A stretch of 64,000 nt of DNA from an uncultured bacterium. Lineage in GTDB: Bacteria; Verrucomicrobiota; Verrucomicrobiia; Verrucomicrobiales; DEV007. Shown piece after piece: positions 27,638 to 36,872 of the stretch (position 1 is the first letter of the stretch; every line of letters starts with the position of its first letter). The stretch is taken from NCBI GenBank assembly GCA_963977015.1, contig CAXBMO010000002.1, positions 224,001-288,000 of the forward strand, written 5' to 3'. The translations under genes were made by a program, and so were the position numbers. The notes under the pieces were generated by a model. It did no database searches and was not told the DNA's origin. It worked only from the letters and a program-made list of their open reading frames with translations.

Positions 27638-29407
27638 TTACTCAATCGTTGTCAGGGAACCGCCAGTCTCGTCGGCAATGAACTGGAGGTTTTCAGTGGC
27701 CCAATCATCCAACTCCAAACCGATGGCATCGACCTTGATCCCAAGACTCACGAGCGTTTCCAACTCACCATGCCATGAAGTCGCGTGATTTGGGCGTCCA
27801 TCCGAAAGGAAAATCACTTGGTCGGGAAGTGGCGAATACTGCGTCGGCAAACTCAGTCCAGCATCGTAATTGGTTCCACGATCGTTGTTCAAGAGCTCCA
27901 GAGCGTCGATCATCATCTGTTTGTTAACGCTGGTGGCCGGTTTGAGTTCACCCCCAAACCCCATCCAGTGATATCCGGCATCAAACATGGCGACTCCAAA
28001 TTCCACATTGCTGGGCAAATTCCCAATCGTCTCCATCAGGTGCTGCTTGACGGTTTCATAACGTGAGTAGCCGGAATCGAGAAACTCATTGTTCATCGAA
28101 CCCGAAGCATCAACCACGAACAGAAGCCGTTCATCGGTGATCGGCACATCAAAGAAATCCGCCGTTGTCGCGGCATTGGCAAAAGGGCTGTCGGTCCAGC
28201 GCAATGAGTCTTCCGATTTGGCAAACGCCTGAATATCAAATCCATCCGGAAAACTGGAAGATGCGAGGGTGATTGGACCGGAATACTCCGTATAAAGTTC
28301 GACTGCCGGGAAATCTCCCGAAGGAATCTTCACCGTGTAAAAAAGCTGAGATGAACCGGTTGGATTCGGATTCACCAAGGTGACGTCAATCGTCTCCGTC
28401 TCGCTATCAAACGTGGTTGCACTAAGCTCAATTTCCGGAGGCAGGAGTTGATCCGCACCAGCGGCATAGGATTCAATCGCAGTCGTACTGCGATTCCAAA
28501 AGGCGGGATTCCCGTCGACATAGGCGCTAACATAACTGTTGGGACCAACTGAAACAGAACCAGTATAGGTTTGGAAAGTGCCTCCATTCATGGAAACCAT
28601 GATCCAGCTGTCTTCCGGTGGATTCGGATTCGCGAGGGTGACCTGAAGATCAAACGAACTGTAAGGAAACTGGCCTCCCGCCGGCGAAAAGATGGGTGGT
28701 TGCAACTCGGCTGGAGGGTCATTCCCCGTTCCATATCCGTCTTCGCCGTCACTTCCGCCCGAACCGCTGGCAGCAGATCCTGCGCCGCTGCCACCGCCAG
28801 ACGCAGCTCCACTTCCACTTGCCGTCAAGGGAACCTCCGTTGGATTGGGACCTCCCAACGGATCAGAATCCTGGTGGTTCCAAATCCAGCCATCTCCCGT
28901 ATTCAAGGCAATGGCAGAACCGGTTCGTTCCTCCGAACCAAAATCCACCGTCGCCAAGTTGGAGTTCAAATAAAAGTCGTGAACTCCTGCTCCCGAGGTC
29001 GAGATCACAAATTGCTTCTTCGCCAAATCCCAGATTGCCCGGCGTTGATCCGAAGAAACCTGCTCCGCAGTTTGGAGACGAGCCGCCAGACGTTTGTCAA
29101 TCATCGAGCCTCGCAGGCCAGCATATTCCTTTGCGTTGTTGCCCGACCGCACCGTCTTCAGCTTATCGAGAACCGCTTGAGGGCTATTGACTCCATCGAG
29201 ACTACCCCCGCTCGAAAGGTAAACTTTGATGGCTTGATTGATTTCGAGCACATCGGTCTCCAGTTTGGACGCCGAAGTGCCGTTGACGACAATCGAGTAG
29301 GAGGGAATGGCAATCGCTGCGATGATCGCGATTACGGCAACAGTTACCAGCACTTCAACCATGCTGATCGCGGAGTCTTTCGGACAAAAACGCAGAACTG
29401 ATTTCAT
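27638..29407 (-). CDS. Type IV pilin/pseudopilin-like protein with Ig/FN3-associated-like repeats and C-terminal VWA domain
   Basis: SA|ISMVEVLVTVAVIAIIAAIAIP (Glu at +5); GS-rich linker; LQPPIFSPAGG and LLPPEI repeats; MIDAS elements VVDASGSM, GTNY and LSDG. Confidence 0.82.
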   Translation of the reverse strand: MKSVLRFCPKDSAISMVEVLVTVAVIAIIAAIAIPSYSIVVNGTSASKLETDVLEINQAIKVYLSSGGSLDGVNSPQAVLDKLKTVRSGNNAKEYAGLRGSMIDKRLAARLQTAEQVSSDQRRAIWDLAKKQFVISTSGAGVHDFYLNSNLATVDFGSEERTGSAIALNTGDGWIWNHQDSDPLGGPNPTEVPLTASGSGAASGGGSGAGSAASGSGGSDGEDGYGTGNDPPAELQPPIFSPAGGQFPYSSFDLQVTLANPNPPEDSWIMVSMNGGTFQTYTGSVSVGPNSYVSAYVDGNPAFWNRSTTAIESYAAGADQLLPPEIELSATTFDSETETIDVTLVNPNPTGSSQLFYTVKIPSGDFPAVELYTEYSGPITLASSSFPDGFDIQAFAKSEDSLRWTDSPFANAATTADFFDVPITDERLLFVVDASGSMNNEFLDSGYSRYETVKQHLMETIGNLPSNVEFGVAMFDAGYHWMGFGGELKPATSVNKQMMIDALELLNNDRGTNYDAGLSLPTQYSPLPDQVIFLSDGRPNHATSWHGELETLVSLGIKVDAIGLELDDWATENLQFIADETGGSLTTIE

Positions 29408-29536
29408 ATTTTCTATAAAATCAATGTTTTCCAATAATAAGCAACCAAATACTGCACAGCTGAAGGCTCTCCAGCTTCAAGCCTGTCTCACCAAATCCCA
29501 AGTTGACCTACAAACCGCCCAAGCCAAGTTTCTCCC

Positions 29537-30661
29537 ATGAATTTAACCACGACAGCTTTTGGAACTTGGAGCGGCGGACGCTTCATGCATTTTGGGGAAC
29601 AACTGGAAGAAGAGCGGATCGAAAAGCTGGTGCAGCAGAGCTGGGAACTTGGCGTGCGCACCTTCGCCACATCGGATGTCTATGGAGTTGGCCGCGCAGA
29701 CGAACTTCTCGGACGCGCCCTGAAGGGAATCGATCGCAGCAGCTACTGCATCGCAGCAATGCTCGGCCACGATATTTACGACGGGGTTCGCCAAGGTTCA
29801 AAAGGTTACCCACGGTTCACCGATCCTGAGCTCCGCGGCGAGGATGGCTATGAAGCCTATCTCAAAAAAGCCGCCGAAAAGAGCCTTGAGCGCTGCCAGA
29901 CGGACTACTTTGATTTGGTAATGCTCCACAACCCTGATTCGACTGGCTACACAAGCCCGGCGGTATGGGATGCGATGGACGCGTTGAAGAGTTCCAAACT
30001 GACAGAGATGATCGGGATTGCTCCGGGACCGGCAAACGGCTTCGTTCTGGACCTGATCGACTGCTTCGAAAAATTTGGCGACCGAATCGATTGGGCGATG
30101 CTGATTCTAAATCCCCTTGAGCCTTGGCCGCAATGCCACGTGCTGCCGACTGCGGAAAGGCAAGGCATTGATGTCATCACCCGCGTGGTCGACTACGGTG
30201 GAATGTTTCACGATGTGATGCGCCCCGGACACCAGTTCAAGGACGGGGATCACCGCGCCTATCGCCCCGCGGGCTGGGTGGATGCCGCGAGCGAGAAGAT
30301 TGAGAAGTTTCGCGCCATCGGCGAACGCCATGGCCTCACCCTTCTGCAGTTGGCCTGCCAGTGGAACCTCGCTCAACCGGCAGTGAAGTCCGTAGTTCCA
30401 ACCTTGATTCAGGAAGCTCATGAGGGTGCAAAATCGGTGGAAGAGGAATTGGTGGAACTGTCCAAAGTTACCGGTGAAGTGGTGCTGTCAGCCGCCGAAA
30501 TTGCAGAGATCCAACAAATTGGAGACAACACCGGCTGCATGGCGTTGAAAGGAGCGAGCGAACGCTACGCAGAACTGGAAGCGCCCTTGCCTGACCAATG
30601 GCCCGTTCGCCCGGAATTGCTGGAAGTCGCATCTCGATTCCAGATTAATCCAGCTTGGTAG
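29537..30661 (+). CDS. Aldo/keto reductase family protein
   Basis: Motifs AFGTW, TSDVYG, SLERCQTDYFDLVMLHNPD and TLLQLACQW. Confidence 0.88.
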   Translation: MNLTTTAFGTWSGGRFMHFGEQLEEERIEKLVQQSWELGVRTFATSDVYGVGRADELLGRALKGIDRSSYCIAAMLGHDIYDGVRQGSKGYPRFTDPELRGEDGYEAYLKKAAEKSLERCQTDYFDLVMLHNPDSTGYTSPAVWDAMDALKSSKLTEMIGIAPGPANGFVLDLIDCFEKFGDRIDWAMLILNPLEPWPQCHVLPTAERQGIDVITRVVDYGGMFHDVMRPGHQFKDGDHRAYRPAGWVDAASEKIEKFRAIGERHGLTLLQLACQWNLAQPAVKSVVPTLIQEAHEGAKSVEEELVELSKVTGEVVLSAAEIAEIQQIGDNTGCMALKGASERYAELEAPLPDQWPVRPELLEVASRFQINPAW

Positions 30662-30673
30662 CAGAACCGATTC

Positions 30674-30700
30674 TTGACTTTGAAACTCTAGCTTTATAAT
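30674..30700 (+). promoter_or_regulatory. Possible sigma70 promoter for the small lipoprotein gene
   Basis: TTGACT-N15-TATAAT ending 9 nt before the ATG; the spacer is shorter than usual. Confidence 0.35.
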
Positions 30701-30709
30701 CAAACTATC

Positions 30710-30895
30710 ATGAAGCCAACTCTCTTACTCACTCTCATTGCCATCGGCTTGGCCGGTTGTGCTGCCCCCCCTGACTCAGAAGACGGATCAACCGGCCAAA
30801 GCTCCGACAATGCTGGTTTCATCTCTGGCGGAGGCTTTTCCAAGGAAAGCGATCCCATCAGCAAACACCAGGAATACATCGGTCAGGGATACTGA
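30710..30895 (+). CDS. Small lipoprotein
   Basis: MKPTLLLTLIAIGLAGC is a clear lipoprotein signal with a LAGC lipobox. Confidence 0.75.
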   Translation: MKPTLLLTLIAIGLAGCAAPPDSEDGSTGQSSDNAGFISGGGFSKESDPISKHQEYIGQGY

Positions 30896-31101
30896 TTCTC
30901 CGCCCCTTCCCGGCGCAAGGTAACGTGGGAATGGTCAATGGAGGACGTGAACTTTTGAAGTTCGTCGGGATTGAGTTTGAGTGCCGCCGGGCTCGCTTGA
31001 CTCCCGATTCGCGCCTTCAGAAAATGGGCAGCCCAGACGCTTGCCGCCAGGGTCAGGACCAGCCCTACGCCGAGGAGAAAGTAGACAATTGATCGTATCA
31101 T
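30883..31101 (-). CDS. Small hypothetical membrane protein
   Basis: MIRSIVYFLLGVGLVLTLAASVWAAHF single TM helix; this is the 3' part of the 229-aa ORF call. Confidence 0.45.
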   Translation of the reverse strand: MIRSIVYFLLGVGLVLTLAASVWAAHFLKARIGSQASPAALKLNPDELQKFTSSIDHSHVTLRREGAENQYP

Positions 31102-31218
31102 GATGACGATCTTGTCCCCGGCACATGAACTCAGGATGAAGTCCGGGTGAAATTGCGTCGAAAAGTCGGCAAGACAAGCATTGCATCCCCATGAGCCTTC
31201 GCCCATGGTGCCCGCCCC

Positions 31219-32343
31219 ATGCGTCCAATCTTGGAAGTCATTGAGCTGCTTGTCGACCAAATAAAAAGTCGGTTGCGTCACCGGTATGCAATCAACCGAC
31301 TGCAAATCATGGCCTACCCGGGTTTCTGCAATGACACGGAGGCGTTTGTCCGGGGCCGAATTCTCGTCGGAAAAGACATCGAGCTTGGGGGCAAGGATCA
31401 CGGGGCATGGCGTAATTTCGGAAACATGCTCAAGCGGTTCCTCAGTGCGGAGATTCCTCACGCCGTAATCGAGGTGAGCTGGCAGGGCCAGACCAAACGG
31501 ATTACCTGCAATCACGAGGGGTTTTTCTTTGAGCGGCTGCCGATCAATCCCGCTGATGAGCTGGATGTTCACATTCGGACGATTGAGCCAAAGACCGAAG
31601 AACCCGTGGAACTGGTCGAAAAAATCTTCCCGCCCGCTCCAACGGCTGACTTGGTCGTAATCAGCGACATCGACGACACGGTGTTGCTGACCATGGCGAG
31701 CCGAGCCGCACGAATGGTTCTGCTGACCTTATTTGGAAACGCCCACACCCGAAAAATGTTTGTCGGAGTTTCGGATTGGTATCGCGCTCTCCAGCGTGGC
31801 CATGACGGCAAGCGGAACAATCTGTTCTTCTATGTCTCAACCAGCCCATGGAACCTTTACGACTTTCTCGACGAATTTCTTGAGGTGAACGAAATTCCTC
31901 GTGGCCCCCTGTTCCTGAAGGATCATGGTTTGGAGGGGGGGCGCATCACGATCAGCGATCACCGCACCCATAAAATTAATGCGATCGAAAAGCTCTTGGA
32001 GTCGTTTCCAGACCGCCCATTCCTGCTCATCGGCGACAGCGGCCAGAAGGATCCGGAAATCTATCACGAAATCGTCAAACGTCACCCTCATCGCATCAAG
32101 GGAATCCTGATCCGCAACGTCACCGCAGTTCTCGTTCCCCGGACCCTGGAAATTGAGCGAATCGGTCGCGATGTGGAGACGCGCGACGTAAAATTCCTTT
32201 TGTTCACCCATACGAGAGACGCCATCAAGGCAACCGCCAAATGGGGATTGCTACCGCAGGAGGAGGCTGAAATTCAGTCGACCTTGGCTTCGGACGGCAA
32301 AGTGCCGTCTACTTCGACAGTCGAATCCTCGACATCTCCTTGA
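31219..32343 (+). CDS. App1-family phosphatidate phosphatase (DUF2183)
   Basis: Motifs VISDIDDT, FYVSTSPWNLY, IGDSGQKDPEIY and ILIR. Confidence 0.9.
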   Translation: MRPILEVIELLVDQIKSRLRHRYAINRLQIMAYPGFCNDTEAFVRGRILVGKDIELGGKDHGAWRNFGNMLKRFLSAEIPHAVIEVSWQGQTKRITCNHEGFFFERLPINPADELDVHIRTIEPKTEEPVELVEKIFPPAPTADLVVISDIDDTVLLTMASRAARMVLLTLFGNAHTRKMFVGVSDWYRALQRGHDGKRNNLFFYVSTSPWNLYDFLDEFLEVNEIPRGPLFLKDHGLEGGRITISDHRTHKINAIEKLLESFPDRPFLLIGDSGQKDPEIYHEIVKRHPHRIKGILIRNVTAVLVPRTLEIERIGRDVETRDVKFLLFTHTRDAIKATAKWGLLPQEEAEIQSTLASDGKVPSTSTVESSTSP

Positions 32344-32861
32344 GCCAATTGATCCAGCATCGCGACGACCTCTTCCTGGACTTGCTCAACTTCTTCGAGA
32401 CGAATTTCCGGGTCGGCAATGATCAAGACTTCGCCGGTTTTTCGATGCTCATAGATCAGCATCCGCCGGTCACCGACGTCCCGGGTATCCACCTGTTTGA
32501 GACGCTTTTCCCGCTCAAGTTTCGCCGCGAGAATATAGCGTGCTTTATCCATCCTCGGATCGTCATCATCGACCATTTTTTGCAACAATTGCTCAGCACT
32601 TCCCTTTTCAATTCCAGACGGTGAACTGGTTTCGTCTTCCTGTAGAGGCATTTCGTATTTGGCACGCCAAAAAGAAAAGGGTTCACCGTCCTTTTGCCGC
32701 TCCTCCCAAACTTCCTGACACAGATCTTCGCGGATAAATCCGTCGCTCTCAGGATCCTCATAGATGCAGGTGAAATAGTAGTCACCATCTTCAAAACCGC
32801 GCCCGGAGACCGTGCATTTGCTGGAGCGAGATCGAATTTTCCAGTTCTGGATGATCGCCAT
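32274..32861 (-). CDS. Conserved hypothetical protein
   Basis: WKIRSRS..C..SGR.F, REDLC...W, FSFWR and ARYILAAKLEREKRL resemble a family I recall from PVC bacteria. Downstream of lptF/G. Confidence 0.7.
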   Translation of the reverse strand: MAIIQNWKIRSRSSKCTVSGRGFEDGDYYFTCIYEDPESDGFIREDLCQEVWEERQKDGEPFSFWRAKYEMPLQEDETSSPSGIEKGSAEQLLQKMVDDDDPRMDKARYILAAKLEREKRLKQVDTRDVGDRRMLIYEHRKTGEVLIIADPEIRLEEVEQVQEEVVAMLDQLAQGDVEDSTVEVDGTLPSEAKVD

Positions 32862-32879
32862 AAGGCGGACCAAACACGA

Positions 32880-34532
32880 TCATGCAGTCTTGGAAAACAA
32901 ATTCTTAAACTTGGGAAGCTCCTTATTGTTGGCCCGCGCCCAGAACAGTATGGCTCCGATCACGCCGAGTCCGATATTCGGCCCCCAGGCCCCCACCCAA
33001 GACTTCAGGCGCGCACCCTCGGCCAAAGCCAGAAAGACGCTATCGAAGAAGATCAGGGCAAAGAAAATCAGGATGGAAGCGGTCACTCCGCCCAGAATTC
33101 CTTTTCGCGAATGCACAATCCCGAGAGGAGCTGCCATCAGCACAATGAAAAAGCAGCGGAATGGCTCGGCCCAACTGTAGTGCCAGTGCGTCCAATACGG
33201 AGCCAGCTTGTTCGGGGGCAGTTCCCGGTTGGTTCGCAAATAGCTCGTCAGACCTGGAATTCCCAAAAATTCTGCCTTGTAGGACGAACTCACAACATGC
33301 CAGGGGGTTTCGTTCCAATCTTCTTTCGTCAAAATCGGGAAGAAGCTCACTTTGGGAGTGCCATGGATATCGTATTCCCAGATTCGGGCTTTCCGAAAGG
33401 TCCAAACCTTCGTTTGGTGGTTCCAATAGGCTGAATCAGCGCGAATCGTATACATCACCCGATTGTCGTCAGCTTGAGCCCAAACCGCGACATAGCGCAT
33501 GGGAGCATTGGCCAAATCTACGGGAACCCGGCCAACAAACCATGTTCGTTGATCCATGGAGTTGCGATACATCCAGGCGAGTGCCGCCCATTCGTCTTCT
33601 CCCGATTTCTTGCGTTCGCGCCCCTTTTCTTTGTCATTCAAGGCGTCCTGGAGACGGTTCAAAATCCCCTCCTTGTGGGCTTCCGCACGAGGCGCCCAAT
33701 CATAGTTCAGCACGATGCAAAGCAGCGTGCAGTAAAACCCCGCCACGAAAAGCGGCTTCAAGACCCTGCCCATACTCAACCCAGCCCCCAGCATCGAAAT
33801 AAGCTCATTCGACTTCGACATCTTGCCGAGCGAGAACAGGAGGGAGAGCAGCAGGGTGATCGGCAACACAAGCAGCACAATTTGGGGCAACTGAACAAGG
33901 TAATATCTCCCCAGAAGGCTGAACCCTTCCTCCGTGAAAAAGACCTTCCCGTTGTCGGTAAGGTCCATGATGACCCAGATCCCTACCAATCCCAAAAACG
34001 ACAACGCCAACGGCGAAACAACTCCTCGAATCACATAGCGATCCAGAATCGGCCCCGCGTAATAGGCCCAAAGCAGGATTGGCGGACTCAGCACCAGAAA
34101 CGCAATCAGCACCAGCTTCACGAAGTAGGTCCACGGAGCGGGATCTTCTCCGACTTTGCTCAATTCGAGATTACTGACATTCGAGACCAAATCCGAAGGC
34201 AACCAAGCCAAGGCAATGCCCAAACAAACCAATGTGAGGGCCAACACTTGCCCCCAATTGCGTTTCCCGAGCACCAAGACGGACAAAAATCCCAATCCGG
34301 CCAGAATTGTTGCTCCAGCGTGGCAGGCCAAGAGCCAAAATGGGGTAAATCCCACCGATTCGGTTTCATCGCCAGCACCAATTAAATTGAGGGCCCGCTG
34401 ATCTTCCATGTAGGAATCACGCGTCCCGTCAGCCATTAATCCTAGAAATACCGCAATCACTAACGTAATGATACGCATTACATTTGCGGAAGCGTTTTCC
34501 GGCGAAAATAGGAGTCGCTTAATAGATGCCAT
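32880..34532 (-). CDS. LptF/LptG family LPS export permease with N-terminal membrane extension
   Basis: ILDRYV, LPITLLLSLLFSLGKMSKSNELISMLGAGLS, a periplasmic beta-rich region and WVGAWGPN. Confidence 0.9.
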   Translation of the reverse strand: MASIKRLLFSPENASANVMRIITLVIAVFLGLMADGTRDSYMEDQRALNLIGAGDETESVGFTPFWLLACHAGATILAGLGFLSVLVLGKRNWGQVLALTLVCLGIALAWLPSDLVSNVSNLELSKVGEDPAPWTYFVKLVLIAFLVLSPPILLWAYYAGPILDRYVIRGVVSPLALSFLGLVGIWVIMDLTDNGKVFFTEEGFSLLGRYYLVQLPQIVLLVLPITLLLSLLFSLGKMSKSNELISMLGAGLSMGRVLKPLFVAGFYCTLLCIVLNYDWAPRAEAHKEGILNRLQDALNDKEKGRERKKSGEDEWAALAWMYRNSMDQRTWFVGRVPVDLANAPMRYVAVWAQADDNRVMYTIRADSAYWNHQTKVWTFRKARIWEYDIHGTPKVSFFPILTKEDWNETPWHVVSSSYKAEFLGIPGLTSYLRTNRELPPNKLAPYWTHWHYSWAEPFRCFFIVLMAAPLGIVHSRKGILGGVTASILIFFALIFFDSVFLALAEGARLKSWVGAWGPNIGLGVIGAILFWARANNKELPKFKNLFSKTA

Positions 34533-34674
34533 GAAGGTGGGGAGACGTCGAAATCACGATGGACCCATTGGGAGCCCGCCATCTTTAGCGGAAGTGGCTG
34601 GGCGGTCAAGCTGCGTTTCCATTTGAGCGCAATGTTAGAGTGTTGTAAGGCTTAAGGCGCACGCCGCTTTTTTG

Positions 34675-36702
34675 ATGATCTCACTTCAGGAATATTCACC
34701 CTCAGGATCGCTTGCTGACGAAATGCATGCCTTGTTTTCGGAAACAGGCAAGCTTTCCGAGTCCAAGGACTTCGAATATCGGGCCGAGCAGCAGGAGATG
34801 GCCACCCTCGTTGCCGAAGCCCTTTCAGCGGCAAAACCGCTCATCGTCGAAGCAGGCACCGGTGTCGGCAAATCCCTGGCCTACCTCCTTCCTGCCTTGA
34901 CTTACGGATTGCAGGAAAAACGCAAAGTCGTGGTCTCAACCCACACCATCAATCTGCAGGAGCAACTGATCCACAAGGACATCAAGATCGTTCGAAAAGT
35001 CCTCGGTCAGGACTTCAACGCGGTACTTTACAAGGGCCGAGCCAACTTTGTCTGCCCCTCCCGCCTGGAGGCGGCCTATCGCTCAGCTGGCGACCTCTTC
35101 AACACGGGAGATTTCGCGGAATTACAGCTCATCTACGATTGGTCCAAAACCACGGAAGACGGTAGCCAGGCGGATCTGGATTTCACGCCCAGTCCACGCA
35201 TCTGGGCGCAAATTTGTAGCGAACCTCACATCTGTACCGTTAAAAAGTGCGGTGGAAGTCGCTGTTTTTATCAGAAAATGCGGCGTGACGTTCAAGAGGC
35301 GGACATCGTGGTCGTGAATCACACGTTGCTTTTCACGCTCCTGGGGAGTTCCGAAGTCGCCGAAGAGTCGGACGACTTCGATTCGGGATTAACGAAGACC
35401 GAGGGCGGCTTGCTCTTTCCCCGAGATCTCGCCGTAATCGACGAAGCGCATACGCTGGAAAACGTTGCGGCCAAACAACTCGGGATGAATTTGAGTCATT
35501 CGGGTCTCAAGTTCTTGATTCAGCGACTCTACAATCCGCGTTCCCGGAAAGGCTTGTTTCAGGTCGCCAAGGAAGTTGATGGAGTCCGCGCCACCGCCGA
35601 ATTGCTCGACGAAACCGACGATTTCTTCACCGCTGTCGAAGAAAGCTCGACGTTTCGCGGCCCCGCTCGCGAATTTCGCGTTCGTGAAGAATCCCTGGTG
35701 GAAGATTCGCTGTCCAAGCATCTCCTCAATGTGCAGCAGATGTCTCAGGCCCTTTCTGAACGCGTCGAAAACGAAACGACGAAACTTGAATTGGGAGACA
35801 TCGCCGGAAAACTTCGCGACGCCCGGCTGGGAATTTCCTCCTTTCTCGACCTTTCGGCGGACGAGCACGTTTACTGGGTCGAACGCAGTGGCGGATATGA
35901 TGGCCGCCCGACCAACGTCTCCATGCATGCGGCACCGCTTGATATCTCCGAGCGGTTGCGAAACATCTTCTTTCGATCGGGACGACGATGCGTCCTAACC
36001 AGTGCAACCCTCGGTGTCGGCGACCAGAACCTCGGCTATTTCCGGCAGCGGGTCGGAGCTGAAGAAGCGCGCTCCATCCAAATTGGCAGTCCCTTCGACT
36101 ACCGGAAACAGATGAAGCTGTATCTGGTCAAGTCGATGCCCGATCCCAAGGCGCCAACCTATGAGGAGCAGTTGGTGAAATGGGTAAAACACTTTCTCGA
36201 TGAAAGCGAAGGCAGGGCTTTCGTCCTCTTCACCAGCTATCGACTGATGGACACGGTGGCTGGCCAGGTTGAAGATTTTGTGACCAAGCGAGGATGGGAC
36301 CTCCTGATTCAAGGAAAAAGCGGATCTCGCTCCTCGATTGTGGAACGCTTCAAAGATGCCCAATCGGCCGTGCTTTTCGGGACCGACAGCTTTTGGACGG
36401 GAGTCGATGTCCCGGGAGAAGCCCTGTCCAACGTGATGATCACGCGGCTTCCATTTGCCGTTCCGGATCATCCTTTGACCGAAGCCCGGCTCGAACAAAT
36501 TGAGGAGCGTGGCGGGAATTCATTCATGGAATACTCTGTACCTGAGGCGATTCTAAAACTCCGGCAGGGTGTTGGTCGTTTGATTCGCTCCAAAAAAGAC
36601 CATGGAATGGTGGTGCTGCTCGACAACCGGGTCCTAACCAAACGATACGGGCAGTCTTTTCTCAAAGCGCTTCCAGAATCAGACTTGGAAGTTGTGGGGT
36701 AA
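34675..36702 (+). CDS. DinG/YoaA family Fe-S ATP-dependent DNA helicase
   Basis: Motifs EAGTGVGKS, THTINLQEQL, KGRANFVC, a Cys cluster, DEAH, TSATL, FWTGVDVPG and QGVGRLIR. Confidence 0.95.
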   Translation: MISLQEYSPSGSLADEMHALFSETGKLSESKDFEYRAEQQEMATLVAEALSAAKPLIVEAGTGVGKSLAYLLPALTYGLQEKRKVVVSTHTINLQEQLIHKDIKIVRKVLGQDFNAVLYKGRANFVCPSRLEAAYRSAGDLFNTGDFAELQLIYDWSKTTEDGSQADLDFTPSPRIWAQICSEPHICTVKKCGGSRCFYQKMRRDVQEADIVVVNHTLLFTLLGSSEVAEESDDFDSGLTKTEGGLLFPRDLAVIDEAHTLENVAAKQLGMNLSHSGLKFLIQRLYNPRSRKGLFQVAKEVDGVRATAELLDETDDFFTAVEESSTFRGPAREFRVREESLVEDSLSKHLLNVQQMSQALSERVENETTKLELGDIAGKLRDARLGISSFLDLSADEHVYWVERSGGYDGRPTNVSMHAAPLDISERLRNIFFRSGRRCVLTSATLGVGDQNLGYFRQRVGAEEARSIQIGSPFDYRKQMKLYLVKSMPDPKAPTYEEQLVKWVKHFLDESEGRAFVLFTSYRLMDTVAGQVEDFVTKRGWDLLIQGKSGSRSSIVERFKDAQSAVLFGTDSFWTGVDVPGEALSNVMITRLPFAVPDHPLTEARLEQIEERGGNSFMEYSVPEAILKLRQGVGRLIRSKKDHGMVVLLDNRVLTKRYGQSFLKALPESDLEVVG

Positions 36703-36872
36703 TCAACATCCCCATCTCCGCCCCGCTAGCAAAATAGCCATAGTTGTAAAAACTATGATCGAATAAAGCAGGGTATCTGTCTTGATTTAGCGGCGCTTAC
36801 GGCTTTCGATGGATCAGGTTGCGAAAAACGATCACTTTTGCGACTAAAAAACCAGAAACAACCGCACGAACC

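Noticed and set aside
32274..32343. 70-bp overlap of convergent genes
   Set aside because: It involves only low-complexity C-terminal tails, which is common in compact genomes.
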